Source: Octopus vulgaris
Taxonomy: Eukaryota
Reading direction: 5' to 3'
NCBI GenBank assembly: GCA_951406725.2
Contig: OX597831.1
Coordinates: 48,360,001 to 48,424,000, forward strand
Length of the DNA stretch: 64,000 nt
Shown: piece after piece, positions 10,976 through 23,189 of the stretch
How positions within the stretch are numbered: position 1 is the first letter of the stretch
How the letters are laid out: each line of letters starts with the position of its first letter
Translations under genes and position numbers: made by a program
Notes under the pieces: generated by a model
What the model saw: the letters and a program-made list of their open reading frames with translations, nothing else
What the model was told of the DNA's origin: nothing
Databases searched by the model: none

Positions 10976-13269
10976 AGAAAAACAAAAAATGAATTAAATG
11001 TACTGAGGCTTGTCTGTTGGTTGGTAATTTTGAAGTTGATGTAAGCTAGACATATCACTAAGGCTTTACCATAATTCTTCAATGTGTCTAATATACGTTT
11101 GAATAAAAGCCACTTTAATCTGCAAATTGTTACAATTAACCTATGTTCTTAATATTTATGCCAGTCTCATCCAGTGTAAAGTCGTTAGACTGCGAAAATG
11201 AAATAAAAATAATAAATCAAAATAAATAGACGTAATAGATATATCGCAGCCTGTATATCATTGAAAATCTATTACACTACGTAACAAATGCAAAGAAAAC
11301 TAGGAAGTAAACGGCACGTGCGGAATATGCATTCGGACATTAAGCCTTGTCTGAATGACTAAACAAAATGTTATCCATACCATTTGGTCGGGAAGCATTC
11401 AGACTTTAAATTTCTATAGCACCTGGTTTATTTGGCCATAGCTGACAGATATCTAATAAACAACTTATGTATTTTGAGTAGTTGAGAGTGGGGTGGTGGT
11501 GGAGGGGGTGAGGGATTAGGTTGAATAGTGGGGTGGAAAGGTAGTGGGGGTTTGGTTGGGTGTGGTGGTTTACTAGAGAGGGAGATGGGGGGCAGAAGGT
11601 AAGTTGTGAGGAAAGCAGAGGTGGAATTACTTAAGGAAATGGGTGTTTATGTGTGTGTGGTTGTGTGTTTGTGTCTGTTCTTGTGCGTGTGAGTGTGTGC
11701 ATGTGTGTGTGGGTATATATGTATATGTGTGCATGTGTGCGTTTGTGTGCGGGCATGTGTGTATGTTTGTGTATGTGTGCGTGAGTATATGTGCGGATGT
11801 ATGTGTGTATGTATGATAGTGTGTGTGTGCAAGCGCATGTGTGTGCATATGTGTGTTTGTGTGCATGTGTATATGTTTGAATGTGTGTGTGTGTGTGTGC
11901 AAGCGCATGTGTGTGCGTATGTGTGTTTGTGTGTATGTGTGCACAGGTGTGTGCATGCGTGTGTGTGTGTGAGTGGGTGTGTCTAAAGGGTGGCGAGTGA
12001 AAAATAACTGACAAATGAGACCCACACACAAATCAAAATACACTTTGAGAAAGCAGCGTAAAGAGAGGTAGGTGGGTGGGGAAATGTTAGGGAGAGTAGA
12101 AGTGAATAAAGGGTAAGAAAACAAAAATAGAAATAAATTTTTTTAAATAAACAAAGTAAAATGTATAATTACAAAGTGTCAGATGGGTGGGGGAGTAGGA
12201 GAAGGAGTGGTCAAGAATAAATGAGAAATAAAAAGAGTAAGAGTCATAGGTAGAAGGAGAGAGGAGAGAGAGAAGAAAAAGAGAGAGAGAGGAAAAAGAG
12301 AGAGAGGGGAAGTGGTGGAGAGAGAGAGTAACATGAATACAGTATTGAATTAAAGAAGAAAAGAAAGGATAAAGGAAAAGAGGAAGACAAGAGAGGAAGA
12401 AAGGTGATAAATGGATTTCAAGTTTGGGCACAAGGCCTGCAATTATCAAGGTGAGATTAGGGTGAATTGATTACAATGAACCTAGTGATCAACTGGTACT
12501 TATTTCATTGATCTTGATTGGATGAAAGGTGGAGTTGACCCTCAGGAGAATTTAAACTCAGAACTTAAAGATGGGTGAAATGCTGTTAAGCATTTTGCCA
12601 GGTGTGTTAACGATTTGGCCAGCTCTTAAGAAAGGTAATAGATTCTTAGTGAAATTAATAGAGGGTACACACACTCTCACACACACACGCATAAAAGTGA
12701 ATTATTGGCAGAGTTAATAGAGCATTAGATCAAATGTGCTGAAAAATTTTTTATGTGTCTCAGTACTCTGAGTTCAAATCCTGTTGAAGCCAGCTTTGCT
12801 TTTCATTCTCTCAGGGTCAATAAATATAGTAATGACCCAAGGTAGTGCATTAGCTCTATAATTAGAGCATCCTGCAAGGACAGTCAGTTCCTGCTCTTAG
12901 TGTTCAGGTAGCAAGGTCTGTGACAACACATGCATTGACATCTGGATATACAGCTTATCACCATTGTTGACACTGGTGACAAGCTGTATTGATTTTGTCT
13001 TTCTTTTTGATAACATCATTGGCATGAAGAGAGGAGACATTCTCACTGCTAGTCTTCTGTACAAAAAAATACAATATTTACCGGTATATAAGATACACTC
13101 TTTTAGCAAGATATATCTCAAAAAATCCCCCAGGCTTATATACCTGAAGTTACAGCTCCTGTAAGTTTTACTTTACTAAAAATATTTTTTCTTGACTATG
13201 TGCTGGTGGACATGGGGTGCATTTCATATGTCCATGTTTCTTTTATGTCTTCAAATATGGTACCTACAT

Positions 13270-13395
13270 TTACCATGAATCTGAATGAAAAGGAGTTAAG
13301 GTTTTTGGAGATCTCTGATGCAAATGACATAGCTATTTGTAACACAAAATGCAGGAAAGTGACCAACCAAACCACCTTCCTGATCACCTAGTAGT
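13270..13395 (+). mobile_element. Degenerate LINE AP-endonuclease fragment
   Basis: NEKELRFLEISDANDIAICNTKCRK resembles the NxNGxRLLEFCxxNxLxIxNTxFxK motif of RTE/CR1-type APE domains. Confidence 0.5.
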
Positions 13396-13510
13396 CAAGC
13401 AAACACACTAACCAAATAGACTTCAATACCACCAAGAAACAGAAAAAAAGAAATGGTTGTATGAACCAAATCTTTCATGGTGAAGAAATGAAACATTCAA
13501 TTAAATACAT

Positions 13511-13665
13511 CTTATTAAATTAACTGATCAAAATGAGGATAATATTCATGCTGCTCTGCTTAAGAATGACAAGCATTACTATGGGTTATTAGAAGATAAT
13601 AAAGATGCTGGTTGCAATGTAGTGTACTTTTCTGTAAAAGCTGGATGCAGAGGTTTTATTGGAAC
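13511..13665 (+). mobile_element. Degenerate RLE C-terminus of a HERO-like non-LTR element
   Basis: Translates to LIKLTDQNEDNIHAALLKNDKHYYGLLEDNKDAGCNVVYFSVKAGCRGFIG, matching the ELTVPxEENIxxAxERKxxKY...GW...FPVEVGCRGF pattern. Confidence 0.55.
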
Positions 13666-13914
13666 CAGATTCACATGGTGGCCGTTATCAATGAACAAGA
13701 ATCATTGGCAAGCAAATACTATCTTGAAAGAAATCCAGTCAAGCATTGCAGCCAGAATAAGAACAAATGTGTAACAGGTTTCTGGCTGTGGGTTAAGAAC
13801 CATGGTTCCAGATTCAGTCCTACTGCCTTGCATCTTGGGCAAGTGTCTTCTGCTATAGCCTTGGGCCAACCAAAGCCTTGAGAGTGGATCTGGTAGATGG
13901 AAACTGAAAGAAGC

Positions 13915-14147
13915 CGATCGTGGCCGCTGCCAGCCTCCCCTGGCACCTGTGCCAGTGGCACGTAAAAAGCACCCAGTACACTCACGGAGTGGTTGGCGTT
14001 AGGAAGGGCATCCAGCTGTAGAAACACTGCCAGATCAGACTGGAGCCTGGTGCAGCCTCCTGGCTTCTCAGACCCCGGTTGAACCGTCCAACCCGTGCTA
14101 GCACGGAAAACGGACGTTAAACGATGATGATGATGATGATGATGATG
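13915..14147 (+). mobile_element. RTE-LINE 3' UTR fragment with (GAT)n tail, nested in a family A SINE
   Basis: gtggttggcgttaggaagggcatccag...ggacgttaaacgatgatg is also the 3' end of the RTE at 50543-51457. Other copies at 23455-23590, 26160-26330 and 62135-62435. Confidence 0.8.
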
Positions 14148-14201
14148 ATATGTGTGTGTATATATATATGTATATATGCATATGTATATGTATATGTATA
14201 T

Positions 14202-14273
<72 letters not shown>

Positions 14274-14609
14274 AATGTATATATTTGTGTGTCTGTGTTT
14301 GTCTTCCCTACCATTACTTGACAACTGATGTTGATGTGTTTATGCCCCTGTAACTTAACGGTTAGGCAAAAGAAACCGATAGAATAAGTACTAGGCTTAC
14401 AAAGAATAAGTCCCAGGGTCAATTTCTTTGACTAAAACCCTTTAAGGTGGTGCTCCAGAATGGCTGCAGTCAAATAACTGAAACAAATAAATGAATAAAA
14501 GAAGGAATATTTATAAGTATTGCTGGAAATAAAATCATTGCTCAACAAGTAACAAGGAAATTGCATGATGCTTGTGTATAAAATGTAGCATTACACCTTA
14601 ACATGTAAT

Positions 14610-15065
14610 ATTGGTTTCAGATTTTGGCACAAGGCCATCAATTTTGGGGAAGAGGCTAAATCAATTAGATAGACCTCAGTGTTCAACTGGTACTTATTTT
14701 ATCATTCCCAAGAAGATGATAGGCAAAGTCAACCTCAGCTGAATTTGAACTCAGAATGTAAAGCTGCACGAAATGCAACTAAGCATTTTTCCCAGAGTGC
14801 TAACCATTTTGCCAGCTTATTGCCATACTTTAAACATGTAATATTGGCTTCAGGTTTTGGCTCAGAGGCCTGAAATTTTGGAGAAGGGGCTAAGTCAATT
14901 AGATAGACCCCAGTATTCAACTGGTACTTATTTTATTGATTCCAAGAAGATGAAAGGCAAAGTCGACTTTGGTGGAGTTTGAACTCAGAACTTATGAAAT
15001 ACCAGATGAAATATCACTAAGCATATTGTCCAGTATGCTAACAATTCTTCCAGCTCATCACCTTA
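14610..15065 (-). mobile_element. Two tandem copies of SINE family B (Nin/Deu-like domain)
   Basis: Minus strand shows (gtc)gactttgcctttcatc.. followed by aaaataagtaccagttg. Other copies at about 5270-5480, 12420-12830, 19225-19445, 26745-27370, 30770-30975, 42655-42830, 47785-48020, 61700-61915 and 63745-63925. Confidence 0.8.
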
Positions 15066-15099
15066 ACTTTAACATGTTAATATTAATAAAAATGGGCAC

Positions 15100-15600
15100 T
15101 GGTTGCAGAGAATGTGCATAAGCTGGAAAGAAATTGGGTGAATACATGCAGAGAGATATTTAATGTTAGTGGGAATGAACGATGGCACACAAATTAGTTT
15201 AGGGAAAAATTGGGTTTAAGAGAAATCAATGGTAGAATGCTAGAGAGAACATTGAACTGATACAGATATGTGATGAGTGTGGTGGATGTCAGTTGTGTAA
15301 AGAAGTGCCAAGGAATCCAAGTAGAAGGAACCTGTTGAAGAGGCAAACTAAGAAAACATGGCAAGAAATGGTAAAAGGTGATCTTGATATTATTGGGCAT
15401 CATAAGAGATGACAAGAAACTACAAGAATAGTAAGATGCTGTGTTAGAGCAAAGAAAGAAAAAAGAAAAAAGAAAAGAAAGAAAAAAAAAACCCTGTTCA
15501 GCTCACAGAAGCATGGAACAACTAATGTAAAATGATGACAGTGATAATGATGACGATGGTGATGATTGTGATGGTGATGACAATGATGATGATATACATA
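15100..15600 (+). mobile_element. Decayed RTE LINE 3' fragment
   Basis: Homologous to the ORF at 51077-51451 (REKLGLR..SCVKKC..VEGTC.RG) and ends in a degenerate (GAT)n tail. Confidence 0.65.
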
Positions 15601-15722
15601 CAACATCAAGGATACATTGAGAGATTCACAAAACTAATTACTCTGGAGAAAGAAGGAGAAATAGCTTGATAGATAGAAAGACAGACATATAGATAGATCG
15701 ACAGACAGATAGACAGATAGAC

Positions 15723-15753
<31 letters not shown>

Positions 15754-16124
15754 TGGGGGGGGAGAGAGATTTATTGATTGAGTGACAGGGTATCAGATGT
15801 AAAAGGAGTGCATTTAGGATTATCTCGAAAGGTCATTCACACGAGAAACCATCGCATATGATCTGCTGCTTTAACTATATAATTATTCTGATTTAAGACT
15901 ATCAACATAAAGAGAGAAAAAAAACCAAGCTGAACAGTTTATGGCTGGACACGTCTATGGCCCTTATTTTACTCCTACAAATAATGAGCCCTTCATTATG
16001 GCATCAGCACACTTCATTAATTCTTTGGGTGCTTGAAAACAAGACTGGCCATGACAGTTGGTGATGATGGTGGTGGTGGTGGTGGTGGTTTTGGTGGTGG
16101 TTTTGGTGGTGGGTGGGGGTTGTG

Positions 16125-16180
<56 letters not shown>

Positions 16181-17049
16181 TGTTGTTGTTGTTGTTGTTG
16201 TTGTTGTGGCTTTGCTCTAAGTTATTTCAGCTGTGATCATCTGGGTTAAGAAGAGAGTGATTGGGTGATTAGGTTGCTGCTTCTAGCAGATGGAGTGACC
16301 ACATAAGAGGTTTATATGTTTGCTTGTGTTGTTGTGATGGTGGTGATGGTGGCGATGCTGGTGATGGCGGTGATGGCGGTGATGGTGGTGGTGGTGTGGC
16401 TGGTGCTGCTGTCAGTGTTGTGGTGTTGGTCAGAGATTAATGATGGTGGTGACATCAGCATATGTAATGACGATAGCATATATAATGAGGGCATTGATGA
16501 TGACAACAAGGAGAAGCAGGGAGTAAGATACTGATTAACAAATGAAGGTGAAGAGGAGGAGGAGGAGGAAAGGAAAGAAGAGGAAATTTATGCATGCGCA
16601 AATGGCAAAAATGGCAACGAAGATACTGCCTCAGAAATTTGCCATACATCCTCATCATTGTCATCATCGTCATCTTCATCATCATAATTATCATCATCAC
16701 CCCATGAGGTATTTTCAAAATGCCTACATGCCCATGTAACTATAGTTCTGATCAGGGGGTCTTCTACGTTTGACTTGCTAGGATTAGTAACCAAAAACTC
16801 CCTTAAATGATACCTTACAGAGTTAAGTAAGAAAAGGATAGTGTAAACCAAAAAAAAAAAAATGAGTGGTCATTGCTAGATTGTCTTTGATCATAAGTCT
16901 ACTTGATCAGGGTTAACTTGAAGTTGAGAAACAACGATAGGGAAGGCAACGGTTGTGTGAGATCCACCAGATTGTGTAATCCTGGAACTCAAAAAAAATG
17001 GAATTTTGCAATATTATTTTATTCACTTAGTTTTCACTTTTATTACCTA

Positions 17050-17420
17050 CTAGCAGTATCGCCCGGCGTTGCTCGGGTTTGTAAGGGAAATAACTATAAA
17101 GCATTTTCAGAGAGTTATAGCCAAAAAATGGAAAAAAAATTATGGTAAATTTTTTTTTAGTTAAAAAGGTCGAGTTGCATCCCCTAGACAGTCTGTGGTT
17201 TGTGTTTCTGATTCTCGACCCCATGTCGAATTTATCGATTTTTTTCAGAACTGGGGGAACTTTTCAAAATTTTCGCTGCGTTAGTTTTGAATTATGACAT
17301 TGGGCTATGTGTGTGTCAAGTTTCATCAGAATCGGTTGAAAGCCGTGGTCAGGGTGAGGGTACAACCTAACAGACACACAGAAACACACACAGACAAACT
17401 GCCGTTTATATATAGAGAGA
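17050..17420 (-). mobile_element. Non-autonomous Helitron
   Basis: Minus strand begins TC(TCTCTATATATAAA) with an internal (GT/CTGT) tract and ends with a GC-rich subterminal hairpin cccgagcaacgccggg followed by CTAG|T. Confidence 0.75.
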
Positions 17421-17439
17421 CTAGTTTCACTTAGTTGTC

Positions 17440-17970
17440 ACTTAAACCCATGCTCCATACTTCTGAACCTTTCTCATCGAGTGAAGATGCTTCTCTATAG
17501 CAGTGTGGGAGCATTCCATTTTCTCTGCCATTTCTCTTGTTGTTTGATGAGAATTTTTGTGCAAAAGTTGGTTTAATCGTTCTTCATCGAACTCAACTGG
17601 ACGGCCAGAATGAGGTGCATCTTTGAGGTCAAAATTTCCATTTTTGAACTTGGCATACTAATCACAAGCGATTCTTTCAGCTATGGTATCCTCTCTATAC
17701 ACAGCACAAATGTCATGAACAGCTTTTGCAGCCTTAGAAACTTGATTAAAAGCAAAAAGAAGGTGTTGAAAATGCTCGATTTTCTTAACTTGACATTCCA
17801 TTTTAATGATCTGAAAATAAACAAAAATTAACTAAAATTAACTAGAAAAAAAAATAGATTCCAAAATGATTCAAAAATAGAATTCTCGAAAAAAATAGAT
17901 TCCCAAAATTAAAAACACAATAAATTCCAAAATTTTAAAAAATGGCAGGAACTTAATTGCCAACCCAAAA
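17440..17970 (-). mobile_element. mariner element 5' part (TIR + Mos1-type HTH transposase N-terminus)
   Basis: TIR-like ttgggttggcaattaagttcc near 17970. From the ATG at 17801: MECQVKKIEHF..AVHDICAVY..KFKNGNFDLKDAPHSGRPVEFDEERLNQLL..TTREMAEKM..GAWV, with stops. Confidence 0.85.
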
Positions 17971-18053
17971 TATATATATATATATGTATATACATGTATG
18001 TATGTATGTATGTATGTATGTATGTATGTATGTATGTATGTATGTATATATGA

Positions 18054-18090
<37 letters not shown>

Positions 18091-18767
18091 TGTGTGTGTG
18101 TCTGTGTGTGTGTCTGTGTGTGTGTCTGTGTGTGTGTGTGTATGTATGTATAAAGAGGGAGAAAGGTATGGCTGTGTGGTAACAAGTTTGGTTCCCAACC
18201 ATTTAATTCTGGGTTCTGTCCCACTGTGTGGCACCTTGGATAAATGCCTTCTGCTATAGCCTCAGGAGACCAAAGCCTTGTGAGAGGATTTGGTAGATGG
18301 AAACTGAAAAAAAACACACAATATATATATGTTCTCATCTGTTATTTTAATTATTTAAAGTCTTCCTGTAAGGAAGGGGCTGGTTTATGTATCTATGTAT
18401 CATAGCTATTTCTTTTCTATATTCAGTGACATAAGGATTTCCCCTCGTTTTAATCAATCTGTTTGATTCTCTCCATGTTGAAACTGTTGTTGTTGCTTTT
18501 TAATATTCTATTAATGTTTCGTTATTAATGAGTATTGAAAAACTACTTCAGATAATATATCATGGATCACTTTTATGTCTTTGAACCACACACACACACA
18601 CATACATACACATACATACATTCTATTTTTGTGTTTGTTTTACAAGAATTTGTGTAAAATTCTGAATTGAAACAGTTGTATTTTGGGAGGGTTATTTTGC
18701 CAGTTAAATCACAAAAACTGATTCTGTTTTGCTTCTATTTGTTATCATTATTATTATTATTATTATT

Positions 18768-19205
18768 ATTGAGTGAGAGAGCAATGAATGCCTTCAAAGT
18801 GACACTGGGTTACAAATATAAAAAGCCCAATATACACATTACAACTACCCATCTAAGGGTGCACCAGGCACATGCACCACAACCATATGTGTGTGAAATG
18901 ATGATCTCATATCAAGATAAACTGTTCATGATCTTACAAGTAGGGCCCAGTTAGAATTTTCTTCGGGTCAAGTAGCTCATCCAACTCAAAAGGTCCCTGA
19001 ATAAAGCTTGATTAAGGATTGTTGACCAACCATGTCTCCAGAAGTGAAGTATTCAAACTCCAAAGAATTCCTCTCAACACATGGCTATGATGCTCCGATA
19101 TGGTCAGCCACCAAGGGACATGCTCAACTGGTTAAGGTCAAGCAACTGACAAGCAAGTCTGTGGTATTGAGCAGAATGTTTGCTGTAGCCCAACTTTTAT
19201 ACCAA
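18768..19205 (-). mobile_element. (TAA)n-flanked non-autonomous retroelement (family D)
   Basis: Homologous to 37361-37795 (+), 42205-42635 (-) and 2472-2663 (+), with stubs at about 29500, 34700 and 59582. The 3' end gctctctcactc is followed by (aat)n. Confidence 0.75.
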
Positions 19206-19881
19206 ATTATTATTATTATTATTAGAAAGGCAGAGAGCTAGCAGGAATATTAGCATATCGGGCAAAATGCTTAGCAGTATTTCAACTGTCTTTATGTTCT
19301 GAGTTCAAATTCCACTGAGGTCGACTTTGGCTTTCATCCTTTCGGAGTCAATAAATTAAGTACCAGTTGCATACTGGGGTCAATCTAATCAGCTGGCCCC
19401 CCTCCCCCCAAATTTCAGGCCTTATGCCTAGAGTAGAAAAGATTATTATTATTATTATTAGAGAACCAGTCAATTAATTAATCAAATAACTAAACAACTA
19501 AACAATTGCTTGGGTAATCGTCTGACCAACAAACCAATCATTTGTCCAAGGAGAGGGAGGTGAGTGTGGGTGGGAGATAGCAGTGAGGAAAAAAGAGAGG
19601 AGGGGAGGAGAAAATGGAGAGAGAGAGAGACTGGTACATGTTAAATTTTTAACAGATATATATGTAGATAAATAGACAGACAGATAGACAGACAGACAGA
19701 CAGGCAAGCAGACAGGTTGAAAGGTTGTTAGGTAGATAGTTTGGCTGCCTGAAATCAATATGTGAATGTCTGATTCATGTACTCAATATTTTAATGGGAC
19801 TGAGTGCAGATATATTATGTTAGGTAATCCAGCCATGGCCATGTCATTTTGTTTACATTATTGTAAGAAGTAGAGAGAGAG

Positions 19882-19914
<33 letters not shown>

Positions 19915-20057
19915 ACAGACAGAGAACAATAAATAGATGAATGAATGTATTGTTATTTAGCCTTGAGTCAACTCTCATTGATCAGACCTATGATGAAAGA
20001 CATTCAAACCATAGCCATCCTACTTTACCATTCTCCACAAATTTCCATTATGTATGA

Positions 20058-20088
<31 letters not shown>

Positions 20089-20332
20089 CATATGATGGTT
20101 TTATCATCGTCGTTGTCGTCGTCATCACCATCACAATTTTTTTTTTTTTTTCATCTATTTTTCCGTACTTACATCGATCAGAAGGAATTCATTGAAGTAG
20201 ATTCCATATGGTCAGATGCTCTTCTTGACACGAACCCTTATACAGTTGTGGCCAAAAGGTTTGGAACGTAGGTTTGAAAATTAGAATTTTTATACAAAAT
20301 AGCCAAATATATACATTGTACATATTTGATTC

Positions 20333-21074
20333 CTGTGGAAGTGCAAGGTTCCAGTGGTTAGGGCAGCGGACTCGCGGTCGGAGGATCGCGGTTTCAATTC
20401 CCAGACCGAGTGTTGTGAGTGTTTATTGAGTGAAAACACCAAAGGCTCCACGAGGCTCCGGCAGGGGGTGGTGGCGACTCCTGTTGTACTCTTTCGCCCC
20501 AACTTTCTCTCACTCTTTCTTCCTGTTTCTTGAGTAATGCTGCAATGGACTGGCATCCGGTCCAGCTGGGGGGAACACATACACCACAGAAACCGGGAAA
20601 CCAGTCCCACGAGCCGTACTAGGCTTGAAAAGGGCGCATAAATAAATAATAATATCTCAATATATATTTCTGACGGGGGGGGGGTGATGTAACTGATTTA
20701 TCCCCCTCCTCCAAAATTACTGGTCTTGTGCCAAAATTTGAAACCAAAATATGAAAATATATTTACAATTATCCTAACATTTCTGTTTTTCTTTTTCCAG
20801 GTAAGACATTTTTACTCTTCCCATTCTAAGGTATGTATGCCTCTTTGGACTAAATGCAAAATAATTTACAACTAATTTACACCACGGCAGGGGGTGGTGG
20901 CAACCCTTGTTGTACTCTTTCGCCCCAACTTTCTCTCACTCTTTCTTCCTGTTTCTTGAGTAACGCTGCGATGGACTGGCGTCCCGTCCAGCTGGGGAGA
21001 ACACATACGCCACAGAAACCGGGAAACTGGGCCCATGAGCCTGGTTAAGTTTGAAAAGCGTGAAAAGAAAAGAT
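20333..21074 (+). mobile_element. Composite insertion: full V-domain-like tRNA SINE (20333-20650) + captured genomic segment (20651-20868) + 5'-truncated second SINE copy (20885-21074)
   Basis: tRNA head with A/B boxes (cagtggttagg, ggtttcaattccc) and a V-SINE-like gctgcaatggactggcatccggtccag motif. An 11-bp direct repeat ATATTTGATTC flanks the whole block (20322-20332, 21075-21085). Confidence 0.75.
20771..20836 (+). promoter_or_regulatory. Splice module: branch point + polypyrimidine tract + CAG|GTAAG; 30-nt candidate micro-exon 20801-20830 with donor GTATGT
   Basis: atcCTAACatttctgtttttctttttcCAG|GTAAGacatttttactcttcccattctAAG|GTATGT. Confidence 0.5.
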
Positions 21075-21307
21075 ATATTTGATTCGGATTGTACGTGGGC
21101 ATAACAGTTTTAATTTTTAAAAAAGCGTTTCAAACTTTTGGCCACAACTGTATGTTTCCAAGTAAGGTTCCTCACGAAAATTGAAAATGAAGGACGTCAC
21201 TTGTATAACAGTGACTCTTGTTTACAAATAGCAAGTGACGTCAAAACTAGAATATAGTGTAACATATACATATGGAACCACACATACAAATCTACACACA
21301 TATACAC

Positions 21308-21347
<40 letters not shown>

Positions 21348-22699
21348 TATATATATATATTCTTTTATTCTTTTATATGTTTCATCCTTGAGGCTGCGGT
21401 CATGCTGGGGCACCGCCATGTATATATATATATATTACATCTTTTATCTTTTACTTCTTTGAGTCATTTCACTGTAGCCATGCTGGAGCATCACCTTGAA
21501 GGGTTTTTAGTCAAATAAATTGACTCTAGAATATTTTTTAAGCCGAGTACTTATTCAATCAGTTTCTTGTGCCAAACTGCTAAGTTATGGGGATGTAAAC
21601 ACACCAACACTGATTATCAAGCAGTGATGAGGGGACATGCACAGACACACGTCTAGATACACACACACATATACACATCTAGATGTATAACTACATATAT
21701 ATCTATATATGCAATATATATACAATGGGCTTCTTTCAGTTTCCATCTACCAAATCCACTCACAAGGCTTTGGTTGGCCCAAAGCTTTAGTAGAAGACAC
21801 TTGTCCAAAGTGTCACACAGTGGGGCTGAACCTGCAACCATGTGGTTGCAAAGAAAGCTTCTTACCACACAGCTATGCATGGACATTTCTGTTACAGATA
21901 ACAGAAGAGGTCTCTATAATTTTTTGCAGATCAACCTGCACAGAGGATTCGTTTATAGTGATCAAATGTGTATTCTGTATGTTAGCTCATTCCCACTATA
22001 AAATCAACGTTGCTTGAACAAGTCAAATGCTAAAATGGGTTCAGAGCAAATGTGAAATGAAGTGTTTTGCTCAAGAACACAATGCACTGCTCACTATGGG
22101 AATTGAAACCATGATCCGGTGATCTGACTGCCAAATTTTTCTTCTCGAGTGATGCTGACTCATAAGTGCCAGTTTCTCTGGTTTCCTTGCTGTATAAATT
22201 CTACACCTGGATGAGATGCCAGTCTCTTTAGAGATTACTCATTTTGACCAGCTGAGTGACCTGGAGCAGTGTGAAATGAAGTATTTTGCTCAAGGACGCA
22301 ATGCGTCACCTTGTCCAGGGATCGAAACTGCAATCTTACAATCATGAGTCCAATACTCTAACCACTAAGCCATGTGCCTCCACAAATTCACTAATGGCTT
22401 TGGTCAGTATGGAACCTGAAATTGTGTGATTGAGAAGGCAAATTTCTTAGTCATACAGCCATGCCTGCACCTGTATATGTGTGCTTAATTACACACACAC
22501 ACACATGTATTCAATGTGTGTGTGTGTGTGTGTATGTTACTAAAATAATTTATCATGGTTGTTTGAGTATGGCTCTGTTAGATTTGTTGAAAAATGTTCT
22601 TTAGAAATCCATGAAAATCACAACATAATGATTTCCATTCTACCTGAAATATATGAAACTTCTTGTCAACACCCACACACATATATGCACACACACACG

Positions 22700-22753
<54 letters not shown>

Positions 22754-23189
22754 AACATATATATTTAAATGTATATTAGTAGTAAGTATTGATACTCGAT
22801 GTCTCAATATGGAATATCCATTTAGTTGACCAATTTCCTATACCAATTCTGTGTACATTCTACAGGAAACTGACCTCATTAATCAACCATTCTGATCTTA
22901 CTAATTGTTTACTACTATTCCAAGAGTTGAACATCATCAGATTCTATTTTCTATCCTATTCAGTTCACAGTTCTGCTCAGATTACAAATGAGGAATACCT
23001 GTTGATATAGATTCTTTCCTGTTACCATTTATTTTCTGATGAGGCAGGAGAGTGGGGGTAGGGGCAAGGGAATGATGCTTGTTGTATGCTTTTATAGCTG
23101 TTGTCGTTTTCATATTTTGGTATTTTTAAATGTGACAAATATAACCTTCAAAAAATAGGGGCCTATTTATGTTTATGCATGCATTCATA

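Larger units (their letters stand above)
20243..21150. mobile_element. Tc1-like MITE interrupted by a composite SINE insertion
   Basis: TIRs cagttgtggccaaaaggtttggaacg and cgtttcaaacttttggccacaactg, each flanked by TA. Confidence 0.85.

Noticed and set aside
20336-20405. tRNA-like sequence with A/B boxes
   Set aside because: It is the head of a SINE; there is no complete acceptor stem and it continues into the SINE body.
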